Source: Kineococcus radiotolerans SRS30216 = ATCC BAA-149 (GTDB lineage: Bacteria; Actinomycetota; Actinomycetes; Actinomycetales; Kineococcaceae). From it: a stretch of 32,000 nt of DNA. Of the stretch, positions 31,454-32,000 are shown one piece after another. Every line of letters begins with the position of its first letter. The first letter of the stretch is position 1. Location: the NCBI RefSeq assembly GCF_000017305.1, contig NC_009664.2, positions 3,870,001-3,902,000 of the forward strand, in the 5' to 3' direction. The position numbers and the translations under genes were made by a program. A model generated the notes under the pieces. It was given only the letters and a program-made list of their open reading frames with translations, was not told the DNA's origin and made no database searches.

Positions 31454-32000
31454 GTGGTGGCGAGCGGGCACGTCGTCAGCGACCGCGTGCTCACGATCCC
31501 CAACGGCCTCAGCCTCCTGCGGCTGCTGCTGCTGCCGGTCTTCGCCGTCCTGATCCTGGGCGGCCGCGACGGGTGGGCCCTGCTCGTCCTCGTCGTCAGC
31601 AGCGCCAGCGACTACCTCGACGGCAACCTGGCCCGGCGCTGGAACCAGGTGACCCGCCTGGGGCAGGTGCTGGACCCCTTCGCCGACCGGCTCTACATCC
31701 TCACCACCCTGCTGGGCCTGGCCCACCGCGACCTCGTCCCCTGGTGGCTCGTGGTCGTGCTGCTCGCCCGCGACCTCGTCCTGGTGGCGACGGTGCCCGT
31801 GCTGGCCCGGATGGGTCACACGGTGCTGCCCGTGCACTTCCTGGGCAAGGCCGGCACGTTCTGCCTGCTCGGCGCCTTCCCGCTGCTGCTGCTGGCGGAG
31901 GTGTCGACCACCCTGGCCGGGCCCGCCGGCGCGGTGGGCTGGGCCCTGGCGCTGTGGGGCACCGGGCTGTACTGGTGGGCCGGGGTCCTCTACCTCGTCC
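31454..32000 (+). CDS. CDP-alcohol phosphatidyltransferase family protein (PgsA / actinobacterial cardiolipin synthase-like), 3'-truncated by the window end
   Basis: This frame is not in the ORF track because it stays open to the window end. Translation from GTG 31454 gives VVASGHVVSDRVLTIPNGLSLLRLLLLPVF...SDYLDGNLARRWNQVTRLGQVLDPFADRL. That sequence contains the signature D-G-x2-A-R-x8-G-x3-D-x3-D. Confidence 0.8.
   Translation, partial: MVASGHVVSDRVLTIPNGLSLLRLLLLPVFAVLILGGRDGWALLVLVVSSASDYLDGNLARRWNQVTRLGQVLDPFADRLYILTTLLGLAHRDLVPWWLVVVLLARDLVLVATVPVLARMGHTVLPVHFLGKAGTFCLLGAFPLLLLAEVSTTLAGPAGAVGWALALWGTGLYWWAGVLYLV

Overview
This is a 32-kb window of a very high-GC Actinomycetota chromosome; I estimate GC above 70% by eye and cannot assign a genus from sequence alone. 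Coding frames were chosen by strong third-position GC bias together with recognisable protein motifs. The many long Arg/Pro/Gly/Ala-rich ORFs in other frames and on the opposite strand are treated as high-GC artefacts.

Layout:
(1) 2-10755, + strand. The distal part of a Tad/Flp pilus operon (TadC-like, Flp prepilin, two TadE-like pseudopilins, TadG-like) runs without a break into three unassigned envelope proteins. These are a lipoprotein, a Sec-secreted Pro/Thr-rich protein, and a polytopic LysM protein whose cytoplasmic tail looks like a Walker-A-less FtsK domain. They are followed by a WXG100-like protein and a 1446-aa three-P-loop FtsK/SpoIIIE (EssC/EccC-like) ATPase with a fused ubiquitin-like plus FHA-like N-terminus. 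This composite Tad / minimal type-VII-like locus is the best candidate for an undescribed system.
(2) 10760-18115. A conserved housekeeping string: scpA-scpB-rluB-aroH-tyrA-cmk-plsC-der, then tRNA-Pro(GGG).
(3) 18198-26144. An accessory block containing ynfA, a NitT/TauT-type ABC transporter with a RutA-like monooxygenase and a RutB-like isochorismatase-family hydrolase, and a minus-strand DUF4397 / class F sortase / ECF sigma (SigK-like) / RskA-type ZAS anti-sigma operon.
(4) 26333-32000. hrpA, an hsp20 gene preceded by a CIRCE-like operator and a possible SD-sequestering hairpin, a small coupled ORF, and the 5' part of a CDP-alcohol phosphatidyltransferase gene.

I saw no CRISPR array, rRNA, transposase or integrase.
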